Source: Cycas panzhihuaensis (lineage: Eukaryota; Plantae; Cycadophyta). From it: a DNA stretch of 64,000 nucleotides. Made by a program: the position numbers and the translations under genes. Shown here piece by piece: positions 51,601-64,000 of the stretch. The stretch spans positions 30,139,741-30,203,740 of the forward strand of contig CM041465.1 of the NCBI GenBank assembly GCA_023213395.1. The letters are read 5' to 3'. The notes below the pieces were generated by a model that was given only the letters and a program-made list of their open reading frames with translations, had not been told where the DNA came from and did not search any database. Each line of letters starts with the position of its first letter. Within the stretch, counting starts at the first letter, position 1.

Positions 51601-54208
51601 AAAAATGTTTATGTTCGGAAAAATAGACAAAAAGAGCCAGAAAAACTACCGGAAGAACTTACAACAAAACCCCAAATGGTGCAAATGGAAGAGTTGTTTA
51701 AAGGATTACCAAAGAAAAGATATTCCTAATGTTGCTATTGATGGAGAATCTAGTGAAACAGTTGCAGTTAACTATTCCTCTGTCTCAGGTTATTGATTGG
51801 ATTAAAGGAGGAGTGTTACAGAAGGGAATTACCAAAAGTTTGAAGCAAATCATACCATCATTCGACATGGATCCGATGGTAACCATGTCAGTTTTGGGAG
51901 AAAAGTTTCCGAGAGTGATCGTTGATGGGGGAGCAGCTGTGAATGTACTACCCACCTCGACATGGCGAAAGTTGGGGAGTCCAAAGTTGGAAGCGGCAAC
52001 CTATTCGTTAAAACTAGCCAATGAATTGTTGGTGCGACCTGGGAAACCGCGGCGAACGCCAAGGTGGATGTGGCAGAATTGTCGAAAGATCGATTTTACA
52101 ATTGTGGAAGCGGAGAAAGGTGCAACTCCTTATCCGACTTTATTGGGAGACCATGGCTATACAAAACCCAATGTCTCCAAAGTTGGAAGACGTAACCTTC
52201 ACCTTGTCGATGAAGGAAATAAAGTAGTATTACCAATGTTGGGGAAGAACTCCATTGAGGTGATACGACAACGGATCAAGTACAACCGCTGTGAGGGAAG
52301 CAACAACTTCTTCACGTGACAAAGAAAACCTCTATCATCTCGCGAGAAGCCTACAACATCGACCCATTACCGTAAAGAAGAACCGACCTATTTTGGAGAA
52401 ATTTACAATTCTTCGATGATGAAAACGAGATGAGATTTGTGGATTATTGGCTACGGACGATTATGAAGTCAACCCTCATCCTATAGATGTAACCTACTTT
52501 CTCAGAATGTGACCGAAATAGTTGCCACTCCAGAAGATAGAAATCATGGAGAATATGTTGGAGATTATGTGAAGCCCTTTTATGAAGAACCACTATGTGG
52601 AATTTCCCATTCGAGACATTGTAGAGAACATCGGTTAGGAGAAGACCAATTAAGGGATCATAAGAAGAAATCGACAAAGCATACCACACCAAGGAAAAGG
52701 CGGAAAAGGACAAGGCACGACCGCCACGACAAGACATCGCATTTCAAGAAGGGTGATCGAGTATGGCGATTCGACAACAAATCCCAAACAACCCAAGGAG
52801 AATTGAAGATGCATTGGAAAGGCCCATATAGGAATGAGAAGGTGTACCGGAATGGCACTATCCAGTTGAAGAAACTATCAGGCCAGCTACTACCTGAAAT
52901 GGTCAAGGGTAGTAAACCAAACCCTATATCAACTAGGGTGGAGCAACTTACCGTAGAATCGGTTGGTTGTACCATAGCGTGTTGCATGAAGTTGTGGCAA
53001 AATCAAATTGCCTTGATACCGAACGTGATTGATTCGGTATGTAACATAAAATACAAAAATTAAAAAGCAGAAAAACAACCGTAACTCATATCATAAGCAA
53101 TATGGTGAAGCATGGAAAAAAGATATATCATCATATGGAAAATCAAGGGAAAGTTGAACAAAACAAAGCGCCAATAGATGAGGATTTATTAACCAAGAAT
53201 GGTGACCGAAAGAAGGAGCAGAGGCAACAGGAGCACTTTAGAATGAGAGGGGAGGAATACCCCAAATTTTGAATTTTTGTTGAGCAAGGATGCTCAACCC
53301 AATCATGTTGACCCGGGATAGATGTTGGCGTTAAAATTGACTCAATGGCTGTATTGACCAAAGGAATGCAAGTACGGACCGTACAGAGGTACGCACAAGG
53401 TGAAACAGTGAAGAAATCAGCATTCAGGTACGATGACAAAAGCGCACCGAACGGCACGCATGATGTACGCATAAAGAGTGGAATGGAACCGAATCAAGCG
53501 TGACGCATGACAAGACGGGACCGGTGGAGGCCCGAAGTCGTCGGACGTGCGTGGACGCATTTGAACCTAAAGAGACATTAGTTAAAGTGTATAACCAATG
53601 ATTAAAGTGAAAGGGTACCTTGGTAACAAAAAGGTATGGTTATGACTTTGGGTCATAACCTTTCATCCAAAAGGCATCAAAGGGACATATTTAATGGTGC
53701 TTTGAGGACCATTCCAAAGGTGAGAGCCGAGTGATTCAATTCTATGGCATACTCTCAAGGGTGAGAGCCGAGTTATTCATTCCTATGTCATATGCTCGAG
53801 GGTGAGAGCCGGATATCACGGGTACGCAAAAGTGCAGGAGACAGTACGCATGACCGATTGAGCATGGATATGTGATAAGTACCATTTGGGTACGTGCATA
53901 TGTACAAAGGATCAGATGTCCGGAATGCTCAGGAATGCATTCTAGCCCTTGTGTAATTGAACTGTTGAATTAATAAAAGAAAGAGTTACGTGGAAATTGG
54001 TGTATTCTTGGTGTGTGATGATGATTTGTCAAGTATGTATTGATTGCATCACTGTGTACCATTCTGTGAATTTTATATGGAATGTATGTGGAATGTATAT
54101 GAATAACCATGTTGACAGTGTCCTAAAACTAGACTATAGCACTGTGTAACCTTGACAAGTGAGCAAGGGGTGTCTTGTAAGTGTAATAAGACCCCCTACC
54201 AGTCAACA
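48657..54208 (+). mobile_element. Non-autonomous Ty3/Gypsy (gag, protease, integrase C-terminal tail). LTRs ~48657-49552 and 53323-54208
   Basis: ~890-bp direct repeats, PBS tggttccattgcc 49554-49566, CCHC knuckles (WCHICEENSHTTREC etc.), VIVDGGAAVNVLP protease, FKKGDRV...WKGPY tail. No RT, RH or INT core. Confidence 0.87.
50114..53063 (+). pseudogene. Gypsy gag-PR plus GPY/F tail, frameshifted
   Basis: ORFs at 50662, 51325, 51729 and 52509 carry gag (YFVRGL), knuckle, protease and WKGPY motifs. Confidence 0.8.
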
Positions 54209-54932
54209 TGGACTTCAATATGTTTTGTTCTTGCATGAAACATTGGATTCTTTATCATCTTGATAACACTTTGGTTATCACAAAAAATAGAGGTAAACTA
54301 ACTTTGTTGTTGCTTTAAATCTTTCAATAATTGTTTAATCCATACTGCTTCACACGTTGCACTAACAACTTCCTTGTGTTCTACTTCAATGGATGATAGA
54401 GCTACAGTGGGTTGTTTTTTGCTATTTTAGGAAGTAACAACAAACCCGAGTGAGGAACAATAACTTCTTGTAGATTTACTTTATTGTCGATCTCCAACCC
54501 AATCTACGTTACTATAGCTAGTTAGTTGAAGATTTGAAGCTTTGGTATTGTTAAGGCCCATTGTTGAAATACCTTTAATTTACCTAAGAATCCTCTTAGC
54601 AACATTCTAATGAAAAACCTTTGGATGTTGCATATATCTGGAAACTATTCCAACTGAATATGAAATATCTGGCCTAGTGGCTATAAGATAGATAAGACTA
54701 TCTACTAATTGTTTATACAAAGTTTCATCCACTGGTTGTCCATTATCATTAACAGTTAAAACACATCCCATTTCCATTGGAGTGACACATTTGTAGAATA
54801 TTTTTGTCGCTTAACTTCAATACCAAGATAGTAATAAAGCAAACCCATGTCTATCATTTCAAATTCCTTTTCCATCTATAACTTAATTTTACAAATTGTG
54901 TCATCATCATTTCCTATAAGTATCATGTCATC

Positions 54933-57671
54933 TGTTGGAAATCAACCTGCACAAGATAATATTCGCAAGCAGAAAAATAGAACCAAACACCACCTCATAG
55001 GATCGAACGGTACCCTTAAGGTACCTCCATTGTATTAAGAAAATATCATTACAACAACATTACAATATGATACACAACATTGTGTATTTATAATACAAGT
55101 CATATTGGAAGAGTAGGACCCACTTACATGTGGGACAAATCAAATGTGCATTAATATTCCAACACTCCCCCTTAATGCACATTTGGGTTATTTGTACTTG
55201 TAATGCCTTGTCCTTGGAAATGTCTTGAAAATGATGTCTTCAACTTAATCCTTGTCTTTGATCTTGTAGTGAAGTCTTTGCTGCTGAATGATGTCTTCAT
55301 CTTGATTTTTGTCTTCAATTCTGTATTGATGCCTTTGTAAGATGATATCTTTAACTTGATTTCCATCTTCAATTCTGTAGCAATGATGTTGATGTAGTAG
55401 CTCTAGCAAGTGCAAATCATGATTCTTCATTGTGCTTGGTCTAGTCTGATTTTGATGTAGATCCTGTAAACAACCATCTTCAATCACAACTTGTCTGTCA
55501 TCATTATCTTGTATAAACTCTTGAACACTATGTACAATAGTGATTTCTTCAACCTTAAGAGTGGAGTCTTTATCAACTTGCATACTCTTTGAACTTGAAA
55601 CAATACTCAAAGAAGAAATATCATTCAAACTTGAATCAATACTCAGAGTAGGAATATCATCAATATAAGACTCGTCCTTTATAGAACCATCGGATTCATA
55701 TTCAATCTCTCTTGAAATCATGGTGTCATCTATATAAACCTTTATCAACTCATCACTTTCAATGTCTTCATTAGTAGTTGTAGTCTCATCAATGCATTCA
55801 ACCATCGTTTCTTTATATTCAGTAGAAATGTCATCAATACTCATACATTCTTCATCTTGACATGCTGTTTCATTAGTGTTGACGATATTTTCTTCATTTG
55901 TTGTACTTGTACCATAACCATAACTAGCCTTAATTGCCTTTTCAATCATTCATTGTGTCTCTTCAGGGGTTTGTTCAAATACTTCCTTTAGAAAATCCCA
56001 AACTTCTTTAGCATTACTTGCATGTAGAATCATAGGAATGACAAAATGGAATCTGGAAGGAAGATCAACCTCATTGAATGCAGCTTGAATCATAATGAAT
56101 GCTTTTCTATCTTTCTTCTCAAGCATTTCCTTTTCTTCTTCATCCTTAGGGATATCATATTTATCAGTAACAATCTTCCACAAACCTCTAGCTATGAATA
56201 AACATCTCATTTTAATTGTCCAAAAGAAGTAGTCTTCAGAATTACACTTGGGTACTGGAAGAAACGAATCCCTTAAGTAATATTCATTTGTTTCAGGAGC
56301 ATATATAACCACATCATTATCCTCCATAATTGTAAATGCCATTTTCTAACACCATGTCCCTTTTCCAATCAACAAATTCACCCATCAATCTCAACAAACT
56401 TTCTCATGTCTCATGTCCCTCATATCACTGACTTCATCATCACATCATTGCCTTATGCATCTTACATATTACCAAATAGTCATATACAAAGAAGATCTGA
56501 AGTACTTTCTTCACCATAGAATCAAAGCTTATACCACATACATCTCACAGGAATCATGCATACCTCATGTCACCATTAAATCGCCAAGACACATCACACT
56601 TCACTTAATTGCCCAAAACATACCTCATGCCATTACACCACTCAACAATTTTGCTTCCCTCCAACTCAGGTATCTTCAACAAAAAAAACTCATCCTTTTT
56701 TGCCCATTCAATCAATTAGAACACATCATCAAACATGCTTGATCTCATCCTTAACACACCTAACAATTGCCCAATCTTGTCATGTAACCTCACATGCAAC
56801 AAGCACCTCATTGCCTCAAATCATTATCTTTCTTGCCCTCAAATTAGCTGTGTTATGCCCATCAAGTCCCTTCACGTAAATCACATTCCATGGAGTACTT
56901 AATTGTCATATTCCATCCAACTCATTCATGCAAACACATGTATTATCGCTTCATTACCATACTATGCCATCGTCACAATAGCTCTCTCATACAAACACAT
57001 GTAAGAAAGCATTCAAACTATCCTTAAACAATCACCATCATGCATCTCAAATCACTAATAGAGTGCCAAATATATTCACATCAACATGACTTAATGTCAT
57101 CTCACATTGTAACAATACTCTCCCAAGCACAACATATGTAAGAGAGCCTCAAACAATCACCTCATTACCATTGCCTCATTCATGTCACCATATCAATATG
57201 AAACCCTCAAATTCCCAAAAATACGGCGACGGAAAAAATGCAGGCCGAAATTAATTCTACTGCAATTTTCGCACTTTCACCCTAAAATCTATAGTGCAAC
57301 CACTCAAATTTTACAGAACGAGCTATTTCGTCTCAATTTTGCCATTACTTTTCAGAAATTTCAACGTTATGGCACCTCCCAAATCACTGCTCTAATACCG
57401 AACAAAAACACCTCTCTCAACTTAGGTACTCTAATACCATGTTGGAAATCAACCTGCACAAGATAATATTCGCAAGAAGAAAAATAGAACCAAACACCAC
57501 CTCATAGGATCAAACGGTACCCTTAAGGTACCTCCATTGTATTAAGAAAATATCATTACAACAACATTACAATATGATACACAATATTGTATATTTATAA
57601 TACAAGTCATATTGGAAAAGTAGGACCCACTTGCATGTGGGACAAATCAAATGTGCATTAATATTCCAACA
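54933..57671 (-). mobile_element. Second gag-only (TR-GAG-like) LTR element. LTRs 54933-55164 and 57440-57671
   Basis: 232-bp near-identical LTRs, TSD TCATC, degenerate Met PBS (actctaatacca), PPT 55165-55173. Confidence 0.93.
55172..56342 (-). pseudogene. Gag N-terminus plus acidic domain, homologous to 33043-34311, with one stop and a late frameshift
   Basis: NEYYLRDSFLPVPK..DYFFWTIKMRCLFIARGLWKIV..AKEVWDFLKEVF, an acidic tract, and the same FSR(H/Q)FQ..QMCIKG ending. Confidence 0.8.
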
Positions 57672-60633
57672 TCATCTACATAAACTACAATGATAGTTAT
57701 TAAATTGTTTTTGTTTATTTTAATATACAAACTAAGACTTGAGTCACATCTACAAAACCCTTTTTGATTTAAACGTTGATCCAGTTTTGCATACCATGCT
57801 TTAAGTGCTTGTTTTAAACCATACAAGGTGTTTTTTAGCTTGAAAACAAGGTATTCTTCACCCTTTTTTGTATATCCTACTGATTGTTGCATATATACTT
57901 CTTCAATCAACTCTCCATTTAGAAAGGCACTTTTAACATCAAGTCGTATGATGTTCCATCTAAATTGCGCTACCATGGCTATAATTGCCCTTACAGTTAT
58001 CAACTTAGTTGCAAGTGAAAAGGTTTCTTCGTAATCAATACATGCAATGACTGTAACCTTTTGCTATTAGTCTTACCTTGTCATTTTCAATAGTCCCATC
58101 AGATTTTTCTTTTATTTTATACACCCATTTGCAACCAACAATGGGTTTATCTTTGGAAGCATCAACTAATTCCCAGGTCTTATTTTTCTTAATAGCATTG
58201 ATTTCAACATCCATAGTCTTCTGCCATTCTAGGTGAACACATGCTTTTGAGTAGCTTTGTGGTTCAACAAAACACATTAAGCTTTGATGTTTTTGTAATC
58301 TAGTTCTTTGTTCAAAAACATTACCTTTTGATTCTTCAAGAGTCTTAATGTACCATTTTGGTAATTTCTTTGGCACATTATCATTGACTCTTTGAAAAGA
58401 ATCTTGTTCATCCTCGAAGAAATTTTGTTCAGCTTCAGACAACAGACAAAACTTGTTGCTATCTAGAAATACCTTGCTCGTTTCTTCCTGAAGTTCACTT
58501 TTTGATGTATCTTTTTCTGTTGTAGTAACTTCAGAAATTTCTTCAACTAGAACATTTGTTTTTTTATTTTTTTCAGCCAATCTTTGTATTATTTTGTCTT
58601 TTTGACTTGCATGTTTATCAAAAGTTACATCCCTACTAACATAGACTCTATTTGCCTTTGGATCTATGCATCCATATGCTTTGGATTTATTGTTGTAGCC
58701 AATTAGAATGCATTCAATACTTTTATCATCTAACTTAGTTCTTTTTTTATCAAGAATATGAACATAAGCTTTATTGCCAAAGATTTTAAAGTGACTTACA
58801 TATGGTTTTCTTTCGATCTAGGCTTCTTCAGCAGTCATCTTGTCTAAAGCTTGAGTAGAACTTATGTTAATAAGATAAACCGTTGTATTAACAGCTTCAG
58901 CCCAGTATGCTTTGGTCATTGCTTTGTCATTCATCAGAGTTCGAGCCATTTCCATTATTGTTATGTTCATTCGTTCCGCTACACCGTTTGACTGTGGTGT
59001 ATATGAAGTAATGACTTGTTTCTGTATCCCATATATAGTGTAGAAATGACAAAAGTCATTTGAAATGTATTCCCCTCCTCTGTCAAATCGTAGAATTTTG
59101 ATTTTACATTCACTTTCTAATTCTACTTGAACTTTAAACTCCTTGAAGTAATCCAAGACTTCAAATTTAGTGAAAAGAAAGTAACCCAGGTTCTTCTAAA
59201 AAAATCCTCAATGAAGGTAAGGAAATACCTTGTACCATTAGTAGAATTTGATGTTATTGGTCCATATAGATTTGTATGAACCAGTTTTAACCTTTTTTGT
59301 GCTCTCCATATACTTTTCTAGAATGGAGTTTGATGTTGTTTGCCAACCATACAACTTTTGCATATAAAAGAATCAAAAGACATATCAAGAAGACTTCACC
59401 ATATTAAAATTTTTTAGTAATTTTTTGCAATGTATCCATACTTTGAATGCCAGATTTCATTAATAGAGTTGTTAACAACAAGAGATTTTACAGATGGAGT
59501 AGGCAAAACAAAAGTGGAAATCAATTTGTAAAGATTATCAATCTCAACTCTTTCTGCTATTACAATGATTGTTTTTCATATCACATATGTAACACTTTCC
59601 ATCCTCATTAAAGATAACTCTAAGCCTCTTTTTTTTTAATTGAGGTATAGAAAAAAGATCTCTTTTTAAACCTGGGGCATAGAGGACTTTTCCAACTTTT
59701 TTAACTTTTATCACTGATTAGAATCGCAATTGTTCCTTTGCCTTTAATTTGTAAAGGAAAGTTATTACCAAACTCAATAGTTTTGTTGAGAAAATGTGGT
59801 CTCAACATCTCAAGCCAATCTTTTCTTCCTGTAATGTGATTGAAATCTTCATTGCTACTAGTGTGCATGGCCAAGGATGTGATGAAAGTAGTCTCTTCGT
59901 CTTCTTCTTCATTACTATAATTCCCCTTTATTCTCTTCCCTCTCTGAATTTTAGCTTGTTTTTTACGACAATTGTTGGAAGAGTGTCTTGATCTCCCCCA
60001 ATAATAATAGTTTAGCAAATTATGAGTTCTACAATCACTAGCAAAGTATCCATACCTTCCACAATGAAAACAAACTCTAGATTCTCAAGAGGAAGATCTA
60101 CCTCTCCCTTCTGACAACCATGCGGTTCTTCCTCGTCCTTCTGGAGACCATGTAGACCTATTATAATTTTCAGCTATAGTTCTTGACCATCCTCTGGTAA
60201 GTCTGCTTCTCCATCTTATTGTGCTTCTGGAGCAACCCCTACTTTCCAAACTTAGCCTTGAAAGAAAGATTTATTCAATGTTGTTCTCCTCCCTATATTT
60301 TTTATTTCTTTGTTCTTGTTGTAACATGTGCCCTATCAATGTTTCAAAGGACATATTAATTGTATGTCCTCCTATGATAAGCGTGTTTACCATAGTATCA
60401 AATGATTTTGGCAACTTATTGATTATAAGACAGAAAATTTTAAAATCAGCTATAATCTCTCCCATAGAAGCTAGATTGTTTTTAATTTCATCAATTTTAG
60501 TGACGAAACTTGAGATGGATTCCCCTTCATTTAAATGAATTTTATATAATTGCTCTCTGAAAGATATTATTTGGACTTCATTCTTTTGTCTGTGGAGTGA
60601 AGCTGAAATTCTCCAAGCCTCTGGGAAAGTAGT

Positions 60634-63600
60634 TGTTGGGATAACCCCCAATGTCCTAAGGAAATGTACGCATAAGGACCCCCAAAGCCACCTTTGGGGC
60701 TCCCTAGGACACCTAGAGCCTACCTAAGCCGTCATCAACCAACATATTCAGGTATGCTTTATTATTTTTATTTTTATTTTTTTTACAGCTAACTTGTAGG
60801 TGGGGTTGAGGTGCTTAGGCGCCTCCCCAAAATACTATTTAAAGGGTTGTACTACAACCTAGGTGTTTTTTCAACACCGCCTCCAACCTATATGGAAATA
60901 TGTTAATTGCAATGGCATCCTGACCCACTCTGCTCCTTTGCGAACAACATTTGGTATCAAAGCCCACGTTTGGCAACTTATGGTTGGCCACTAGTGTGAA
61001 ACAGGTGAATTCACGGCTTATTTTCTATCGCATATTGGTATGTGCAGTAATATTTTGATAGCCTAAAGTTTAAACTTTATAAATTTACGTTTATTATTAA
61101 TTTTTTACGTTTATATTCTTCGTACGGTTTTTTACCCGCGGCTACCTCGTGTTCGATTGATTTCAACTTTTCTATCTTCAGACGAAATCCTACTATATGA
61201 CCATTTGTTTCGATCAACACTAAGTCTTCTAGCTTGTGGAAAAGACTATTCGCAATTTGATCGCCTATTTTAAGAGATATCGCTCGCTGAACCTTAGTTC
61301 CCTATTTTAGGTGTTTTTACTCTTCTGCTTCGTTCTTCTTCTGTAAAGCTCTGTTTGTCATGAAAATTTACCAACAACTAGTCATCTTAGATATCTACCT
61401 CCCTCTAAAATTTCATGACAAACCGTCTCTCCATTGGTGAGATCTAGCCTCGGTTCCAGTTTCTCAAGTTTTTATCTTTTTTACACTGTTTTTCATAGTT
61501 TTTTGATATTTTTTTGTAAAACTCAGTTATTCTTGCTAGGGCGCCCTCCTATATGCTTATCTCAGCTCAAATCTAAGATTAATCAGGCCTCTTCAACTCC
61601 TGTTTAGCATCATTGTCTCCATTTGTTCACCGGCTGTGCGTCCACCCTCCTTCTTTTCATCAAATATATATATAATTTTAAATTGATTTCTTCACGCCTT
61701 TTTTCGGTCTAATCTAAGTAACGCTCTGTGGTACCCCCTCTCTGAGCTCTCTTAGTCCACTGGGTAACGATCAGTGATAATCTCTGAGATTACTGCATGT
61801 TCTATTTTTTGTCAGCAGCCATCCCTTTCTCACCGTTTTTTGTTTATTTTTAAAATATTTTTGAAAAATATCTTGCTTTATATCGTGGCGCCCCCCGTAG
61901 TAGATGAATCGATCCTCTTTTGGCTTGTATTTCGATCGATCTTAAGCCTTTGTTCATTGCGCAGGTCGTCGCTGTCACTCAGCGCGTTCTCATTTTTTGA
62001 TTTGATTGATTAATATAGTTATAAAAGGTTTATAAAAATTTAAACACATTTTATAACATTTCAGATCCGTGCATTAAGACTTAAGCCCCCTTAAGGGTTC
62101 CGCCCCGGGTCATATCAACTAACGCGACCACCAACTCGTTTGTTAAAGGGCCTTTCTTAATAAATTTTTTTTTTTTTTTTCTTAATACATAGGGTACCTG
62201 GCTCTTTTTCGCAATATCCTTTCACTAGGGTATCGGTTTCTGACGAAACCTGTCTCGTTGAGTCCAAAATTTTGTGGGCTTCAATTTTGACTGGTTATTT
62301 GCTACCTTTAAAGCCAATTTGACCTGATTTTAATCAGCTAAAGTCAATCATTTTTTTCTCGAAATTTTTTTGAGTTATTAACATAAAAAGTACCTTTCAC
62401 CTTTTTCGATATAACTTTTCTGATTCATATCAGATTTTAGATCCGTCAATTTCGTTGGGAAGCTGACTCATTTATCTTCGAACTGACATATTTATTTATA
62501 AATTTTGAAGTTTGCTTGCAGACTTTCAAGACTCCTAAAGTTGAGGTTTCATTCAAGTCCTAGTTGGACTTTCTTTAAGACTTTCGAGCCAAATTTCTTT
62601 CTAATTTTGAATATATTTCACTTGATATTTATATAATAGTGATCATTAACAAGATTTGTTAGTATTTATTGAGTTTTTAAGCCATTTTGCAACTCATTTA
62701 GCCTACTTTTGGGCCTCTAGAACAAAAGGAGCCCCTCTTTTTTATTTGATTCAGTAAACAGGTATTTCTTGTCATATTTTTCACTTTTATCAAATCTAGA
62801 ACTTATATAAACGTCCCTTTTGTGCTTGATTAAGAGATTATTTACACTTGTTTGTGATTATTAAAGAACAATTACCCCCCTCCATTCTCAACACAACCTG
62901 CTTACGAAACTTGATTAAAGGAGCTCACTTGGCTTTCATTTAGAAATTTTTTCATCTTTTTATATTTTTTAAAGGAAAAAGTTCTTATTTTTTACAAAGG
63001 AATCTAATACTTCAAAGGGGGAGAGCATTTTATTATTTCAAATTGCATAAATAGGGGCAATCATAGATATACATCTTTATTTTGAAAGGAAAGTGCATAT
63101 AGACTTCTTGGAACATTGAATAATTATTTTCTTTTAAAAAAGGTATTTGATTGATTTAAAGGTGTGAATATAGATTCAAATTTGCTCATAGTTTCCTTAT
63201 TGTGAGATTAATCATTTATACTTTCAAAGGAGAAATTTTGTTTTGAAATTGAAAGCATTCTTTTATTGAAAAAGATATTTCATACTTTATTTTTTCAAAT
63301 TGATATTTGAGTATTAAAAGAAATTTGATCTTTAGTCTTCATTTCCAAGTTTCATTTCAATTTTTTGTTCTAAAAGGAATCTTGTTTGTAAGCAAGACCA
63401 TCTATAATAAAAAAAAATTTACATTAAATCAAATAATTACCTGAATTGAACCTCCTTTTTTTCCAACCTTGCAAGGGGAACGGTTAGGACCTCTGAAGTT
63501 ACCACCCCGTACACACCACTTAGCCTACTCATATTGGATGAGTAAAGCCTTTGGCTATCAGGTGTATTCGGTGGCAGGCCGAGGTGCAGAACCTATTCCA

Positions 63601-64000
63601 TTTGTGGTGTTTGGAGACCAAGGCTAGACCTGGAGAGGGTGAGTGCCTTGGTTCGAGAACCTTCACCGCTAGATATGTCGCTAGGCGTAAGTCTAGCGCA
63701 GGTGGGTCAACAATTCAAGGGGGTGTAAAAGCCTTCTTAGCAGCCCGCGTACTAAGGTATATAGAGCCTAGCACTCACGTACCGGTGTATTGGGTCCCTG
63801 TTTTGCCATCTGTAGGCAGGTGCCACTAGACAGGATAACAACCGAAGGTTACCCCAGAAGAAACATAAACCTAGAGCCTAGCAAACGTCATTTAGGGACT
63901 AGGTCCACTTATAAAATGTTGGTTAAACTTGAAAAACCTTTTTTATTCATTTAACTAAAACCTTGGTGGGATAAACATATTTTATTTACTAAAGGATTAC
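60634..64000 (+). mobile_element. LTR element inserted in Copia 4 gag: 5' LTR 60634-60949, Met PBS 60952-60964, >3-kb non-coding leader
   Basis: TGTT...AACA then tt-tggtatcaaagcc. Copia 4 gag homology stops at 60633. Confidence 0.75.

Larger units (their letters stand above)
48275..60633 (-). mobile_element. Ty1/Copia element 4 (relative of Copia 1). 3' LTR 48275-48483, interrupted by three insertions
   Basis: RNase H HARTKHIEV|HHRFIREK is split at 48656/54209, RT YVDD is split at 54932/57672, integrase at 58818-59156, gag at 60271-60633. Confidence 0.9.

Noticed and set aside
62235-62250. ctgacga/gaaac as a hammerhead ribozyme core (retrozyme)
   Set aside because: The motifs overlap in one small hairpin with no stem II or cleavage triplet. 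No hammerhead core was seen in the young element's LTRs either.

Overview
Eukaryotic DNA from a land plant, probably one with a large genome (gymnosperm- or fern-like). The window is almost entirely nested LTR retrotransposons and I see no intact host gene. 1-12.2 kb is a stack up to five elements deep, including two decayed Ty1/Copia elements. 12803-16853 is a very young 4.05-kb non-autonomous LTR element (apparently identical 279-bp LTRs, CAAGT TSD, tRNA-iMet PBS). It has no gag/pol and instead carries a chain of intronless host gene fragments, all in its own sense orientation: a poly(A)-ended segment, TRM61 (tRNA m1A58 methyltransferase), Exportin-T/PAUSED and a plant SAM-domain protein. 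At least one junction sits on an apparent microhomology. This is the most notable system here. 19504-46721 is an old Tat-like Ty3/Gypsy element with ~2.7-kb LTRs. It hosts a Copia, a solo LTR, a gag-only element, a chromovirus and a 1.63-kb tandem duplication. 48.3-64 kb is a minus-strand Copia interrupted by a tRNA-Glu-primed gag-PR Gypsy, a second gag-only element (inserted in the RT YVDD codons) and another LTR element. Seven Copia-type elements share a hairpin around the PPT/3' LTR junction. Protein identities come from remembered family motifs, not database searches.
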